Source of the DNA: Botryllus schlosseri
Taxonomy: Eukaryota
Assembly: GCA_051294905.1 (NCBI GenBank)
Contig: CM119373.1
Coordinates: 26,288,001-26,352,000 of the forward strand
DNA length: 64,000 nt
Direction: 5' to 3'
Part shown: in pieces, positions 1 to 12,290 of the stretch
Position numbering within the stretch: the stretch's first letter is position 1
Layout of the letters: each line of letters starts with the position of its first letter
Notes under the pieces: generated by a model
Seen by the model: only the letters and a program-made list of their open reading frames with translations
What the model was told of the DNA's origin: nothing
Database searches by the model: none
Program-made: the position numbers and the translations under genes

Positions 1-3000
1 AAATACTCCCTTACCGTTTCGAACTTCAATTCATTTCTCAGGAACTTGCTCATCTGAGCAGAAACAACAGCAGCATTCAACTCCAAACGCGGGATAGATA
101 CCTGTCGCTTCAGAGGGGCAACTCTGGCCTTGCCGATTACCAACGAAACATGGGCATTTCCTCTTTCGTTGACCAAGCGTACGTAAGAGCATTGACCATA
201 AGCATACGAGCTGCTGTCCGAAAAATGATGATATTCAACAAGCACGATCTTACCAAAACTCGGCGGCTTGAAACAGCGGTCAATGCGCAAAGACTCGATC
301 GATGATAACGTTGAACACCACGCAACCCATCGGCGCTTCAGCTCGTCTGGTACTTCATCATCCCAGTCCGTCCCAGCTTTGCAAAGAGATTGCAGAATGA
401 GTTTCCCTTCCAGCACCACTGGCGATATGAAACCCAACGGATCATATACGGAGTTGACAAAGGATAAGATGGAACGCCTGTTCACCGCACGATCGGACAA
501 TTTGATGTTGAATCTGAAACAATCATTCTTAACATCCCAAATTAGCCCCAATGTTCGAGTGCTAGGCACGATATCATCACATAGGTTTATTTCGCGATAC
601 CCAGTCGCTCTATCTTCCGTTGGAATAGAATTCATTATACCTCTGCACTATTGGAAACGAATTTGCAAAGTCGCAACTTGAAACTAGCGCACAGTGCTTT
701 GCTGCTTTTAACCAAACTCACGATTTCTTCAACAGAGTCCTTCGACGTAATACCGTCATCCATGTAGAAGTCGTCGCGTATAAAATTAGCCGAGTCGGGA
801 CCAAACTGACCTTCTCCGTCATCAGCCGCCCGCTTCAATCCAAAGTTCGCACAGCCTGGTGAACTTTTTGCTCCAAACAAATGAACCTTCATCCGGTATT
901 CCACCAGAGGTCCATTCCTGATGTCGTGATCTTGGAACCATAGGAATCTTAGAAAATCACGATACTGCTGTGATACAATAAACTGATGGAACATGGCTTC
1001 TATATCTGTGCACAACGCCACGTGTCCTTTCCGAAACCTGCAAAGAACTCCCAGCATCTCATTCAGCAGTATTGGGCCAGATAACAAAACATCATTCAGG
1101 GAAATTGAGCAATATGGAGCAGAACAATCGAACACGACTCTGATTTTATCCGGTTTATGCGGGTGGTAAACTCCCAAGTGTGGTATGTAATTCACTTTGC
1201 CATTTTCGATATTTCGGTCAGTTTCTGGTACCACCTCAGCCCAATTGTTAATGACATTTTCCATGAAGGTCACATAGTCTGTGGAATACTTCTCATCTTT
1301 CAGAAGGCGCTTTCTAAGTTGACCGATTCGCTTTACTGCTAGCGGCTTGTTATTTGGTAACGTTGCCGTACTGCTTTTCAAGGGTAAAGGCATTTCCAAA
1401 TGACCATCGCATCTTGGAAATGTGCCTTATTTGAGAATTTCGACGAACCTACGGTCTTCTATTGACATTGGAATATGCTTACCATTGTGTTCCGCAAATT
1501 CAATCTCAAACATGGTTCCTACTGATTGAGGTGTTAATACTTCTTTACATTTCGAACCGAACACAAGCTTGTCATCTAGGGCCGTAGGTCGAATTAACGT
1601 TTTGTGACAAATGACGGAATCCTTAGCAACGTCCAGACACATTGGACCTACAACTCCCCAACCTAATATGGTACGCACGCCATATGGTTCATTGTCCCCT
1701 CCAGCCACGACGTCTCTCGGCCGCAATGCTTTCGGTACATCTGTGCCTAGCAATACTGAAACATCCAACTTAGAGTCGTACGGGACAAGCTGATCACATA
1801 CCTCAGTGAGATGTGCCCACTCCTTGCAGACTTTACGGTTGGGAATCTGGGTGCGACAGACTGGAATCTCCTTTTCCGTGAAAAGTGTCGCCACATCAAC
1901 TCTTTCTTTCTTGTCATAGCTCAAGATCTCCAAACCCTTGACTTTCTTGCAAGGCGTGTTGATGTCTCTCCCGGCAAGAGTTGTCAACGATATCGCTGTA
2001 TCCGTTCCATCTAGGTCAAGCTTATCAAACAGTTCGTCTGAGATAAAACTGGAGTTGGAATGGTCGTCAAGGACGCAATAACAAAGTACTTCACATCTCG
2101 CATTATGTTTTGATCTAACCCAAACAGGTACAATGAGCGCGCTGCTTATTCCTCTACCATTTGAATCGCATATCTGCGTACATAGAGAAGTTGAGTTACT
2201 AACTTCCTTTTCATGATCTGTGTCAAGATGAAGGCATGTAGGATGCCTTTTGTCACATTTGGAACATTTTGCTCGCTTGGTACAGGATCTTGAAATGTGA
2301 GTTTTACCAGTTTTGTTGCCACAGCCGAAACACAGATAAAGAGCATAAAATACCTTTTTACGCTCCGCCATGGGTTTACCTTGCAATTTAGTGCAGTCAG
2401 CAATATGATGATCTCCTTCACAATGCAAACAACTTGCCTCCTCTACCTTGAACGCGAAAGAAGTTGTTTTCGGTTTCGGTTAGCTCTTGATGTTTCCACT
2501 GTCTTGCACTTCAAATTCAGGCTGATTCTTGATATCGGATTGGTCCTTAACAAATCTGACAATGTTAACAAATGGCGGGTAACTGTCGTCGAGTTAACCG
2601 CTTGTATTTGTGAACTTCATCCATCCACCGGTTCTTCAAATACAGTGGTAGTTTGTTGACCACAGCCGGTATTTGACAAGACGCATAGTCGAGCGTTTTC
2701 AAGTCCGTATTTCGCTCCTTGTTAGCTGAAACTTGCAACAGGAAATCAGAAAATTCACGAAGGTCATGCTTACTTTTGACGGGCTTCCACGCTTTCAGCT
2801 CATTGATGAAGGCGCTTCCAATCGACGTGCTACCACCGTATCTGAGCTTCAGCTCTCTCTTTGCAGCGAAGCACGATTCCTCGGTATTATTTAGGAAGTA
2901 ACCATCGACAACCTTCAAGGGACCGTCACCTAAATATTGCCGTAACAAATTCATTTTTTCGTTAGTATTTTGAACTCTGGACTCTACCAACGCCTCAAAC

Positions 3001-4614
3001 GATGCTTCCCATTTCGGAAAATCCAAAGGGTTACCAGTAAACTTCCACAGTCGAATGCTTGGAAGTCTTTGAGCTGATATCATCTCCCTCATCATTGACA
3101 GAAGTAACTCCTCGTTGCGTTGGAGACCATCGAGAGTACCGCGAGCATTTGAGTTCGATGCTGTGATATTTGGAGCTACGCCGGATCTACTCACGGGATC
3201 ACGCGGTATCTGCATGTGCATTACCTGCAAACATTGGTACAAAGTTATCGGAATAGACGTTAAGCCTATTAGTTCCTGGTGGTGCAGACGGTGCTTGAGC
3301 GATGTGTCCTGCGATGGTATTGATTGAATGTTCGGCGCGTGAATAATCAGCCACGCGAGATTCATTGACCACCACACGAGTACTAAATTGTGGTCGGTCA
3401 CGAACATCAACTGTATCTTTAACAGGATTCATCTCTGGACCTGTTGGGTGTTCGTCAACGGCGATGCCTTTTGTTTGATCGTGACGTGAAACAGCTGGTG
3501 GCTCCATGTAGGAAGACGGCTGACGCGAGAGATCCTCTAACTCTTCCATGAGACCGAATGGATTTTCCACTTTCTCCACTTGCCTGCACTCTCTTACGAT
3601 TGCTTCCTGCGTAGCTATCTGTTTCTTCGTTTCAAGAGCATCCCGCTCAAGCTTCATGGTGGTTTCATGCAACGCCCTCTTCTTCTCAAGCTCGGATTCT
3701 TCTTGTTTGAAAGCTAAACCCGCTTTAAGCACGGCCGCCTTTTCCTTGGCGTCGCGCATCTTTTGAATATGAGATTTGACACTCCCGGCCTTCGACGATC
3801 TTCCGGATGACTTGGTACGACTCGATCGACTAGAACACGAGCGTTTATCGGCTCTTATTTCGCGAAGACGTTGTGACACTTGTACCTTCGTTTCTTTTAT
3901 TCCAGCTTCCAGACGTTGAAATTCTTCTTCAAATAGGACATACTCGACGTCTGGAAGAACATCTTTCACTACTTCCAGAATACTTCTCAAGCTGTCCCTG
4001 TGTTGAAGCACCAGTTTCAAGGAACCCCCTACTTCACTTTCATCACTCGAGATTATTGCGATCTCGGAGCATTTTTCCATTCTCCGGCTCAAATGTTCAG
4101 TACTTTCTGAATATCTTGCCTTTATTTCTTTTGTCTTGCTGCGCGTCGCCACCTGCCGCTTTTTCACTACATCAGACGGTCCTTCACCGTCATGTTCGTG
4201 GTCATTGCGGTCGTTGCGCGGTACATTAGCATCATCGGTGGACGTTGCGCCCACGTGCGCGGTTCCACGGGCTTTGTCGGCGTCATCAGCGGACGTTGCA
4301 TCGACATGCGCGGGGCAATGGGCTACATCGGATGCCTTTGCATCAGCGGACGTTACATCCACATGTGCGGGGCGATGGGCTTCATCGGATGCCTTTGCAT
4401 CAGCGGACGTTACATCCACATGCGTGGTTCCATGAGATTTATCGGCGTCATCAGCGGACGTTTCACCCACAAGCGCTGTTCTATGGACTTGATCAGAAGC
4501 CTTTGCACCAGCGGACTTTGCATCCACATGCACGGTTCCATGGGCGTCATCGGATGCCTTAACATCATGAGTACCCATCTCGTGATTGGCTGGCGTGTTT
4601 TCTTTCGAAGCCAT
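1..4614 (-). pseudogene. BEL/Pao gag-pol polyprotein pseudogene
   Basis: Track ORFs 3199-4614, 2565-3410, 1427-2428 and 635-1399 join into one polyprotein via frameshifts near 3200, 2575 and 635 and in-frame TAA stops near 2480 and 1427; the frame below 635 is open to position 1. Confidence 0.9.
4227..4563 (-). repeat. Coding tandem repeat in Gag N-terminus, six units of 57/57/51/57/57/51 bp
   Basis: CA(T/C)C(A/G)G(C/T)GGAC anchor recurs at 4233, 4284, 4341, 4398, 4449 and 4506; protein units such as DAKASDEAHRPAHVDVTSA (19 aa) and DDADKSHGTTHVDVTSA (17 aa). Confidence 0.9.
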
Positions 4615-4716
4615 CTTCGAAATGCTTCAGTCTCCCGTTCTTACAAGCGTATATTTTAAAACTGTAACTGCTCCTAACGTAAGGAGAGCTATTGAAACCA
4701 CTTTTAATTGAACTCA

Positions 4717-4738
4717 AATCCCACGATCGATCCTGACA
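4717..4738 (-). promoter_or_regulatory. Putative tRNA-Leu primer-binding site with a 6-bp insertion
   Basis: Minus strand reads TGTCAGGA-TCGATC-GTGGGATT, two bases after a CA at 4741 and upstream of gag; a tRNA-Leu(CAG) PBS would read TGTCAGGAGTGGGATT. Confidence 0.5.
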
Positions 4739-4740
4739 AA

Positions 4741-5050
4741 TGATGATCCGTTGATGAATGTTGAAATAATATATTCTAATGAACGACGTAACAAATGAAT
4801 GTCCCAAATACAGCAAATAAGGTTAGTCGTGGAATTAGGTTTTAAAATAGTGGTCGCCTGTGGTTATAGAAGACAAGCCTAAACAATGGAAACATATGTC
4901 AGTAACTAGGGACCACATATCTAGCGTACCAACTCAACGTAGCTATCACATAGTACCAACGATAGAACCGAATAAACTAGAGGCGGTGGCCAATCAACAT
5001 ATATAGAGAACCACAATTGCGGCGCCTAATCAAATACTGATAATTACTAC
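4741..5050 (-). repeat. Probable 5' LTR of the BEL/Pao element
   Basis: Ends in CA next to the PBS-like site; a TGT start near 5050 is plausible. The partner LTR is outside the window, so this is unverified. Confidence 0.35.
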
Positions 5051-5529
5051 ACACTGCAGATTACTGCAGTAACAATAAGGTTACTGTAGAACCCAAATAC
5101 TTGAGGTCGCACTGCTGTATCATTTTCTGACTCACGAGGTGCCCGGTGATACTTTGAATATTTACCAATTCAGTCACAGCACAGTCGTATGCTAATACAT
5201 GTATATGTAAAAAACAATTAATTTTTTCAAACGTTGTCTAATTATGCCATAATTGTGTGAATACTTCAGAAAAACATTCAGTATGAACCTACGGGCCACA
5301 TACACCCAATATAGTCGACGTTAACGATTTGGGGTGTCTGGAATCCTCGAAATCGTTGTCGGTTCAACAGTTATAGCATGTAGATATTAATCATTGGTAC
5401 GCAATGGGTGTTCTGACGATGAAAACCGTCGACCGTAAAAATTCTGCATAACGATGTAGTTCTGAATAAAGATATTTTTAGTCTGTTTATGACAGTGGTG
5501 GGAAGCCCTATTCATCGAAGAAGTCATAT

Positions 5530-6095
5530 TTCCCTATATTTTTAATCGTAAATGCCAACCGACTATATGACTTCACAATTAAATATTATTGACGTCATGA
5601 CAAAAAAATGTAAAACATGATTGTTTTAAATTGATTTTTTTGTTTTAAATGCATCCCTAATCGTCAGTGATGCAGTTCGATAAGGTTGATAGGTTTGTTT
5701 TCTGAATACACACGTTGCTCTTCTAAGATGCGCTGTAAGTTGATAGTGAGTGCAAAGTAATACAGAGAAATTGCCCAATTCGGTGGTAGATTGGTGGATA
5801 ATCCAAGAATTATCATCGAAAAACTCAAATAACTCCGCTTCTACTGGTTGGAATTGAGTCAAATTTGTTTTGCATCGTCTTTGAAGACAGCGCAACAATT
5901 TCATGAGGTTAACAGAAAAATCTGACAAAATTTTTTTTGCATCTTTGGGTAAATTCAAAATTTTCAAACTGTACGAAATCAGCGATTATTGGTTGGAATG
6001 AATTAAAATTTGGTGTGCGTCGTTTTTTAAGGCAACCTAACGATTTAATCAAGTAACCATCAAGATTGAGGAAAAAAAAACTATTTTTGAACATT
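5530..6095. mobile_element. MITE fragments from families found elsewhere in the window
   Basis: 5530-5660 ends in TTTTAAATGCATCCCTA like the 29416-29951 family; 5690-5790 matches 8140-8225; 5845-6050 matches the reverse complement of ~45960-46300. Confidence 0.6.
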
Positions 6096-6790
6096 GATAT
6101 CAGCGAATTCTCCCTCGATGGAATGCTGATAGCATCAATCAATCAATCAGGTTTATTAATATTTTCATCATTTCAAAACATCACAAGACTGCGATACAAT
6201 GAAAAGATAGGGAGATGTCGAAACAACTTGGAGTAGCCTTTAAGATCAGACACCCACCTTAGCCTAGGCGACGTAAATAACAGGCATGCACACTGAATGA
6301 AAAGTAATGCGGATAATATAAGACGCAAGCGACAAAATGAGGTGGCATGTGGCGGAGGGCGAGGTCGATGTTAGGTCGTGCTCGGGTAATCCTGAAGAAT
6401 GGCTAGTATTGATTTAGAAGAAATTGCTTGTATTTCGACTTGAATGCGGATATGGTCGACGACTGTCGGATCGCCGGCAAGATGCTGTTCCACAATTGGG
6501 GTCCATCATACTTGATAGAGCAATGCGTTTTCTTGTATTCAGACCTGATCATATGGTAGTTGTTATTCGTTGACGCCCGTGTGCTGTACTTGTGCGCTTT
6601 GGTCTCTAAAGCCGTTCTAGCTAGCGAGAAATAGTGATGCTGGCCACAAGAGAATATAGTTCATTGTGAAACACAACAACAATATGCTGAGACTAATCAT
6701 TTCAGAATTTCAAAATGCTTCTCTTAGCGTTCTTCCACAATCACAAATCAAATTACCGGCCGCATGTGGCCTGCGTCTTGGTAACCCCTG
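6095..6790 (-). mobile_element. hAT MITE fragment (family of 28317, 51361, 55505) interrupted by a LINE
   Basis: Colinear with 55985-56213 (CTCCCTCGATGGAATGCTG...AAAGCCGTT...CACAAGAGAATATAG...CAACAACAATATG); terminal GGTAACCCCTG ends at 6790. Confidence 0.7.
6134..6606 (-). mobile_element. 5'-truncated L2/CR1-like LINE 3' end
   Basis: Minus frame HKYSTRASTNNNYHMIRSEYKKTHCSIKYDGPQLWNSILPAIRQSSTISAFKSKYKQFLLNQY*, followed by AATAAA and a (TGAT)n tail; absent from the homologous MITE copy at ~56000. Confidence 0.8.
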
Positions 6791-6918
6791 GTGAGTGCAA
6801 AACGAGCCAAGCTCATGGTTATGGGAAAACTGTGATTTGATAAAAACTGAACTTGATTTTTGCCGTATTTATTTCTCATTAAGAATTTCATTTAATTTCC
6901 AAGTTTTTTGCGAATTCA

Positions 6919-7505
6919 GTATTTCTAATTCTAATCTAATTTGGAATAATTATGTAGCTCTAATTCTAATTCTAATCTAATCTGGAGAAATTGTGTAGCT
7001 CTAATTCTAATTCTAATCTAATCTGGAAAAATTGTGTAACTCTAATTCTAATTCTAATCTAATTTGGAATAATTGTGTAGCTCTAATTCTAATTCTAATC
7101 TGATCTGGAAAACACTGTGTAGCTCTAATTCTAATTCTAATCTGATCTGGAAAAATTGTCTAACTCTAATTCTAATCTAATTTGGAATAATTGTTAGCTC
7201 TAATTCTAATCTAATTTGGAATAATAGTTAGCTCTAATTCTAATTCTAATCTAATTTGGAAAAATTGTGTAACTCTAATTCTAATTCTAATCTGATCTGG
7301 AAAAATTGTGTAACTCTAATTCTAATTCTAATTTAATTTTAAATAATTGTTAGCTCTAATTCTAATTCTAATCTGATTTGGAAAACACTGTATGGCTCTA
7401 ATTTTAATTCTAATCTAATGTGGAAAAAACTGTATGGCTCTAATTTCAATTCTAATCTAATGTGGAAAAAACTGTATAGCTCTAATTCCAATTCTAATCT
7501 GATCT
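6919..7505. repeat. AT-rich minisatellite, ~35-41 bp unit, about 15 copies
   Basis: Unit approx. CTCTAATTCTAATTCTAATCT(A/G)AT(T/C)TGGAA(T/A)AATTGTGTA(G/A), built from TAATTC sub-repeats. Confidence 0.95.
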
Positions 7506-7633
7506 GAAAAAGCTGAAAATTTTCTGGTTGTCCAAGTCTGCTATACAGTCGTATACATGTACAATGTACATGCATACATTTTTTACTAAAAGCCGCTTGA
7601 AGAGCTTCTTGGAGGTACAGAACTTCAATATAC

Positions 7634-8022
7634 AATTAAATAGTATATTCATATTGAAATGAACCCGAATATTTTCGGCTGACACTCGTCAGGGGTAATC
7701 GTCAGCAACTAGTAGAATTGGAAAGAACATTGTATATCAACAATCGTATCACAAAATATGACGTCACCAGCATGAAATTTCGAATGAGAGAGCGTTCAAT
7801 GTACTATTTATGTACTACTTATGTACTATTATGTACTATACTAAAAATAGTACATTGAACGCTCTCTCATTCGAAATTTCATGCTGGTGACGTCATATTT
7901 TGTGATACGATTGTTGATATACAATGTTCTTTCCAATTCTCTACTAGTTGCTGACGATTACCCCTGACGAGTGTCAGCCGAAAATATTCGGGTTCATTTC
8001 AATATGAATATACTATTTAATT
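7634..8022. repeat. Near-perfect long inverted repeat (~176-bp arms, ~35-bp spacer)
   Basis: 7634-7809 is the reverse complement of 7845-8022 apart from a 2-bp indel; spacer made of TATGTACTA repeats; the arm is homologous to 38942-39078. Confidence 0.95.
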
Positions 8023-9199
8023 AAAAGCCGTTTACTAAAGCCTGCCACAAAAATATTGTGGCCAGTGAGTCATCACGGGAATGCAGATAGTCCACCTAAA
8101 GAAGTATCGTAAATGATGCAGTTGAATAATGTTGAGAGGTTTGTTTTCGAAATAAACACGTTGCTCTACTAAGATGCGTCGTAAGTTGATAGTGAGTGCA
8201 AAGTAATACGGAGGAATTGCCTAGTTCGCAAAGCCAATAGTTTCATATCACTATAGAAGCAATAGGAAGCTGAGTCATGCGCTTAAACCTGGTTAAATGC
8301 AGGCCTGTGCACCTGAAAGTCACTCAGTGAGGAAACGAAATCTGTGAGCTCCATTGACGAGATTTTTTATAGGCAGTCTGATAAGTTGGCGCTCACTGTC
8401 TGTCTAAGACGCGTTACTGCAATACTGTCGGGAGTTTGATTGGGAAACTGCTGCAGCCACTTTCTTGCATGTTTGGATATCGCTCAAGTTTATAGTCGAG
8501 GCTTTGGTTTTGAGAGTTCGTCACTATGTGGTTCGGCGAAGAATATATTATCCTGCTCATAAAAATGGCAGCTCCCACAGAGTGTGCAGACCTGTCTCTT
8601 CACCTAGCAGTTTGGGCGAGTATTTGTCATGACGATGAGTTTCCATGGGAAAAATTACATCCGCAGGAGTGGGTAGATCAGTGCTTGAATTATAATAGTT
8701 TTGAATAGATTTCCCGATAGTCCCACTACAGAATTAATAATTCGGGAGTATACATTTTATTTCGAGTTTAGTACCAAGAAAGTATTTTCAGTATAGCAGG
8801 GCATTCTTCCGCACACCAGGATGTATGTTCATTACATTCGACGAGACTTTGCGAACAATGCTCGATACATAATGTCCGTATTGCTCTACCGTAATTGCTG
8901 TCGCTTCATTCTAAGATATTTTCGAGCGTTCTGTTGTCACAATTATTTTAATCTCTTATTTAAATATGTGGCATCCATAAAACGCTGCGCTATGATGCTC
9001 GCCACAATTCACACATTTCCGCTTCCCGTTCACGCTTCCGATTCATATTTTTTCATATTTTCATGTTTTTGACATATGTCAAAAAAGTCAAAATTAGTTC
9101 CAATTTGTAGCGCAAGGTCAAAATGTCAAAATTGTAAACAAAGTCAACATTTTTTACAACCTGCATTTTTTTGATTATTGGGTACCCTTCCCCCAAGAT

Positions 9200-9440
9200 T
9201 AACGCGTGACTTATTGCAATAGGCATTCTGGCGTCAACCATTACCGCGGAACGACGCACCAACACATGAAGTTTAGGCTAAAGGGACTCCGAAAAGTGTG
9301 CCAGAAATTTGGCAGCGAGAAAACCTTGGCCGAAAAGGATTGGTCTTTGATGACCGAAAATCTCGATATATATACGTCTAATTGTCAATATGTTCCTAAA
9401 TGATTGGCGTTCAACATCGCTGTCCTGGCAATCTGCACTA
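9200..9440. repeat. Dispersed repeat fragment, second copy at ~17285-17510
   Basis: Shared AATAGGCATT...CATTACCGCG...GAAGTGTG...ACCTTGGCCGAAA...ATTGTCAATA...TGATTGG blocks. Confidence 0.6.
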
Positions 9441-9445
9441 CACAA

Positions 9446-10456
9446 TAGGGATGGTGTGAACCTCTGAAAGGTTCAGGTTCATGTGAACGCGAACCTTTTT
9501 GAAAGGTTCTGTGTGAACGCGAACGTGAACCTCATGACGTCACGTGACGTCATATTGCTAATTCCAACCCCACATTTCAGTGAAGTGATAGGATATATAA
9601 ATGTACACGATTCCTAGCGACGACTCGGGCCACATAATGCCACAATGCTGAAGTACATATTGACGTTTTAAACGTCGCCGAATGTATCAACTGGGGCAAT
9701 CAAATGATATAATATTCCCATAAATCAATATCTTCCGCCCTTTCCCAACAATTTCAACGAGTACTTGCAAGGTAATATATGCATACGCCTTAACAGTATA
9801 GACCAGACCGGACAATGTATTCGGTGTCCGAGCTAAATTGCTACGTTAATATTGAGCAGAGTGTAAAACGGGTTTCTGTACTTACTACCGATATTAACCC
9901 TATAACAAGTTACACAGCAGTAGCCAACACCCCAATCGCACGGATTTGATTTTCATGATACAATAAACATATTCATATACTTGAAATCAAGATTGGCCCC
10001 TTACGCTTGCTAGATTTTTACATCAGGCAACGATATCAATTTCATTGATTGGTTGAATAAGCATCATTCGCTGACTACCTACATGTAGTGTATTTAGCTC
10101 TTGATGTTGTGTGATTGGGGGTGAAGCAAACAGCAGAGAATCACTAAATATAAACCAACGGAAAGCTGGATATTTCGAGCAAACTTTTGTAACAAAGCAA
10201 GTAAAATGTTTGAGATTGCCAAGGTGCATGTTCGTTTAGTGTTGATTTTTTATGCTGCCAGCGCCATGCAGAGTGGCACGCAGTTGAAATGCAATAAATT
10301 TCTACAAAAGATGTTATAATGAAGTGAAAATTGTAATATATAAAAAAAGGTTCACAGTGCAGTACCTACCAAGGTTCGTTTGTGAACCTGAATCTTCAAA
10401 TTTCCGAGGTTCACACACAGAACGCAAACGCGAACCTCACGTTCACATCATCCCTA
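9446..10456. mobile_element. hAT-type MITE
   Basis: TIRs TAGGGATGGTGTGAAC / GTTCACATCATCCCTA, subterminal GTGAAC(C/G) repeats, TSD CTACACAA/CTATACAA (7/8). Confidence 0.85.
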
Positions 10457-11606
10457 CTATACAAGACAAATGTCATCGCACAGAGAAAAAATATTGCCAG
10501 TGAAGAAATATCAATTTGGAATCGTGTGCGTGTTTTAGTTTAGTATGCATGGGCGATTTGAATATCTATTCACTATTTAACAGAGAGAAAGGTCACGAAA
10601 TAATGACGTGCCCTGTTCAAGACGACATATCACTCTGCTTTGAAGGAAAATCTGCTAATTCTGAGAGGATAAAAAAACTTATAACACTATTTATGCAATT
10701 ACCAATATTATTGACCGATTTAGTGAGGAATTCATAGAATATTTTCGCGTGATTAAGCTACATAAACTCTCTGCCTACATCGAGTAGAATAATGTTCTCA
10801 TGGGTACTGGTGATGGTACTGGGAATGAGCTGACGAAGTGCGTTTCGGCGCTGATTTTGTGGATGGCCATTGGCCAGGTAGCCTATAGCTGTTGTCAGGT
10901 GATTTCGTGGCCGTACATTGTATTCGAAGTAGCCAGAGCAGCCTGTGTTTGGTGATAAAGGGCAATGCACAAGGTAGCACGACGAGGTGCTTGATTCCAC
11001 TCCGATACGCTTCTTCTCTCGATATTGTCGGAGAGAAGACTATTATTAGAGTTGACGTATTCGGTTAAATCTGCGGCCTGTAAAGTCTGTAAACGACTCT
11101 CGGTGGTCAACCGTCGACCCAGCACATTTACTACCGTAATATCACATGGATGACATCATGAACATGATTGATTACGACCAAAAAGTTTTAAAATGTCACT
11201 CTCTAGGATCATATACTTCAGTGACGTGCGGCGAGGTTCATGGCTGGTGAGGCACGGACCCCCCAAACAGACACATACATACACACACACACAAACAAAC
11301 ACTCACGCACGTAAAGTACCTGATAAAGAGACCCAAAATGTGAATAACAGCAGCGACATTTTCTTTGCACTGATAGCCGTTGCAATTCCACATTCTAAAA
11401 CACATGTAGGGCTGGTCGCTATTGCGCTGAATGGGCAAGTTTGGACGGATAATAATTACTATCTCTTCAAGTACCGGTATCAATTATTCGAAGAGCATTA
11501 ATATGGCATCCTCATTTACAGATATTTTTCAGTAAAAAAACACCAGGTTTGCCGAATTTCGAATGAAAATGCACAAGGACACGACTAGGTCAAGTCAGGG
11601 CCGTAA

Positions 11607-12290
11607 CAGCACTTCATCAGCCCCCCAAAACTTTGGTCTTGGGCCCCCCATAGGGTTATAGACCGAACTTATGGGGGGCTTCGCTCCCCAGACCCCCCTC
11701 CGGCGATACACTCTTTACCGCTATACATCATATTCATTGGGAGTTTGTTTAGTGAATCAGCCTTTGCCGACCAAGCGCGCGAAGCACGGAAAACTTCTAG
11801 AATTCATGATTTCATCGGTCAGTATGATCGGGAATTGCATATATTGTTATCAATTTTTATCTTCTCTCTGCTCACGTAATCAGATTTACCGATAGAGCTC
11901 AGTGAGGTGTGTTTGAAAAGCTAGGACCACTCAATAATAATGAAAACATCTTCGGGCAGGAACGTTGGCACGAATGAAACAGCACCTCGTCAGGCCCCAA
12001 AAATCGTGGGTCTTGGGATCCCATAGGGTGATAAAACGTCCCCCCATCACGTTGTTCGCGTTTGTCACGAAATTATCTGTACTGTATTGTGAGCCAGCGC
12101 TAAGCGCGAAAATTTTCGATAATTTATGATGAAATCGGTCAATCAGATCGGCGATTGCATATATATTATGCTATCAATTTATTGTCCTCTCTACTCACTT
12201 GTCCTCTCTTAGATTTACCGGTAGAGCTGAGTGAAGTGTCTTGAAAACGGGAGGGCCCGTAAATTATGATTAAACATCTTCGAGCGGCTG
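11607..12290 (+). repeat. Tandem ~320-330 bp unit (about 2 copies), also at 63640-64000
   Basis: Shared blocks ATCGG(G/C)(A/G)ATTGCATATATT...TATCAATTT...CTCTCT...AGATTTA...GAGG/AAGTGT.TTGAAA...AAACATCTTC...CAGCAC.TC.TC...CCATAGGGT.ATA. Confidence 0.8.

Larger units (their letters stand above)
1..5050 (-). mobile_element. BEL/Pao-family LTR retrotransposon, disabled copy, 3' part outside window
   Basis: Minus-strand colinear Gag (LPSIRLWKFTGNPLDFPKWEASF, typical BEL/Pao Gag core), Cys/His knuckles (CEGDHHIADC, CFGCGNKTGKTHISRSC), protease (CVLDDHSNSSFIS), RT (KIRVVFDCSA, DIEAMFHQF, FYMDDG) and Pao RNase H (RTLGLIWD, SVYDPLGF, HHFSDSSSYAYG, SIPRLELNAA). Left LTR boundary ~4741; right boundary uncertain. 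Confidence 0.93.

Noticed and set aside
137-4659. Plus-strand ORFs (268-681, 2297-2659, 3873-4229, 4136-4659 etc.)
   Set aside because: Antisense shadows of the BEL/Pao gag-pol.
6919-7505. CRISPR-like array
   Set aside because: Units are contiguous variants of each other with no unique spacers and no cas genes.
10758-11125. Overlapping minus-strand ORFs as a host exon
   Set aside because: No recognisable domain, no paralog and no consistent splice frame.
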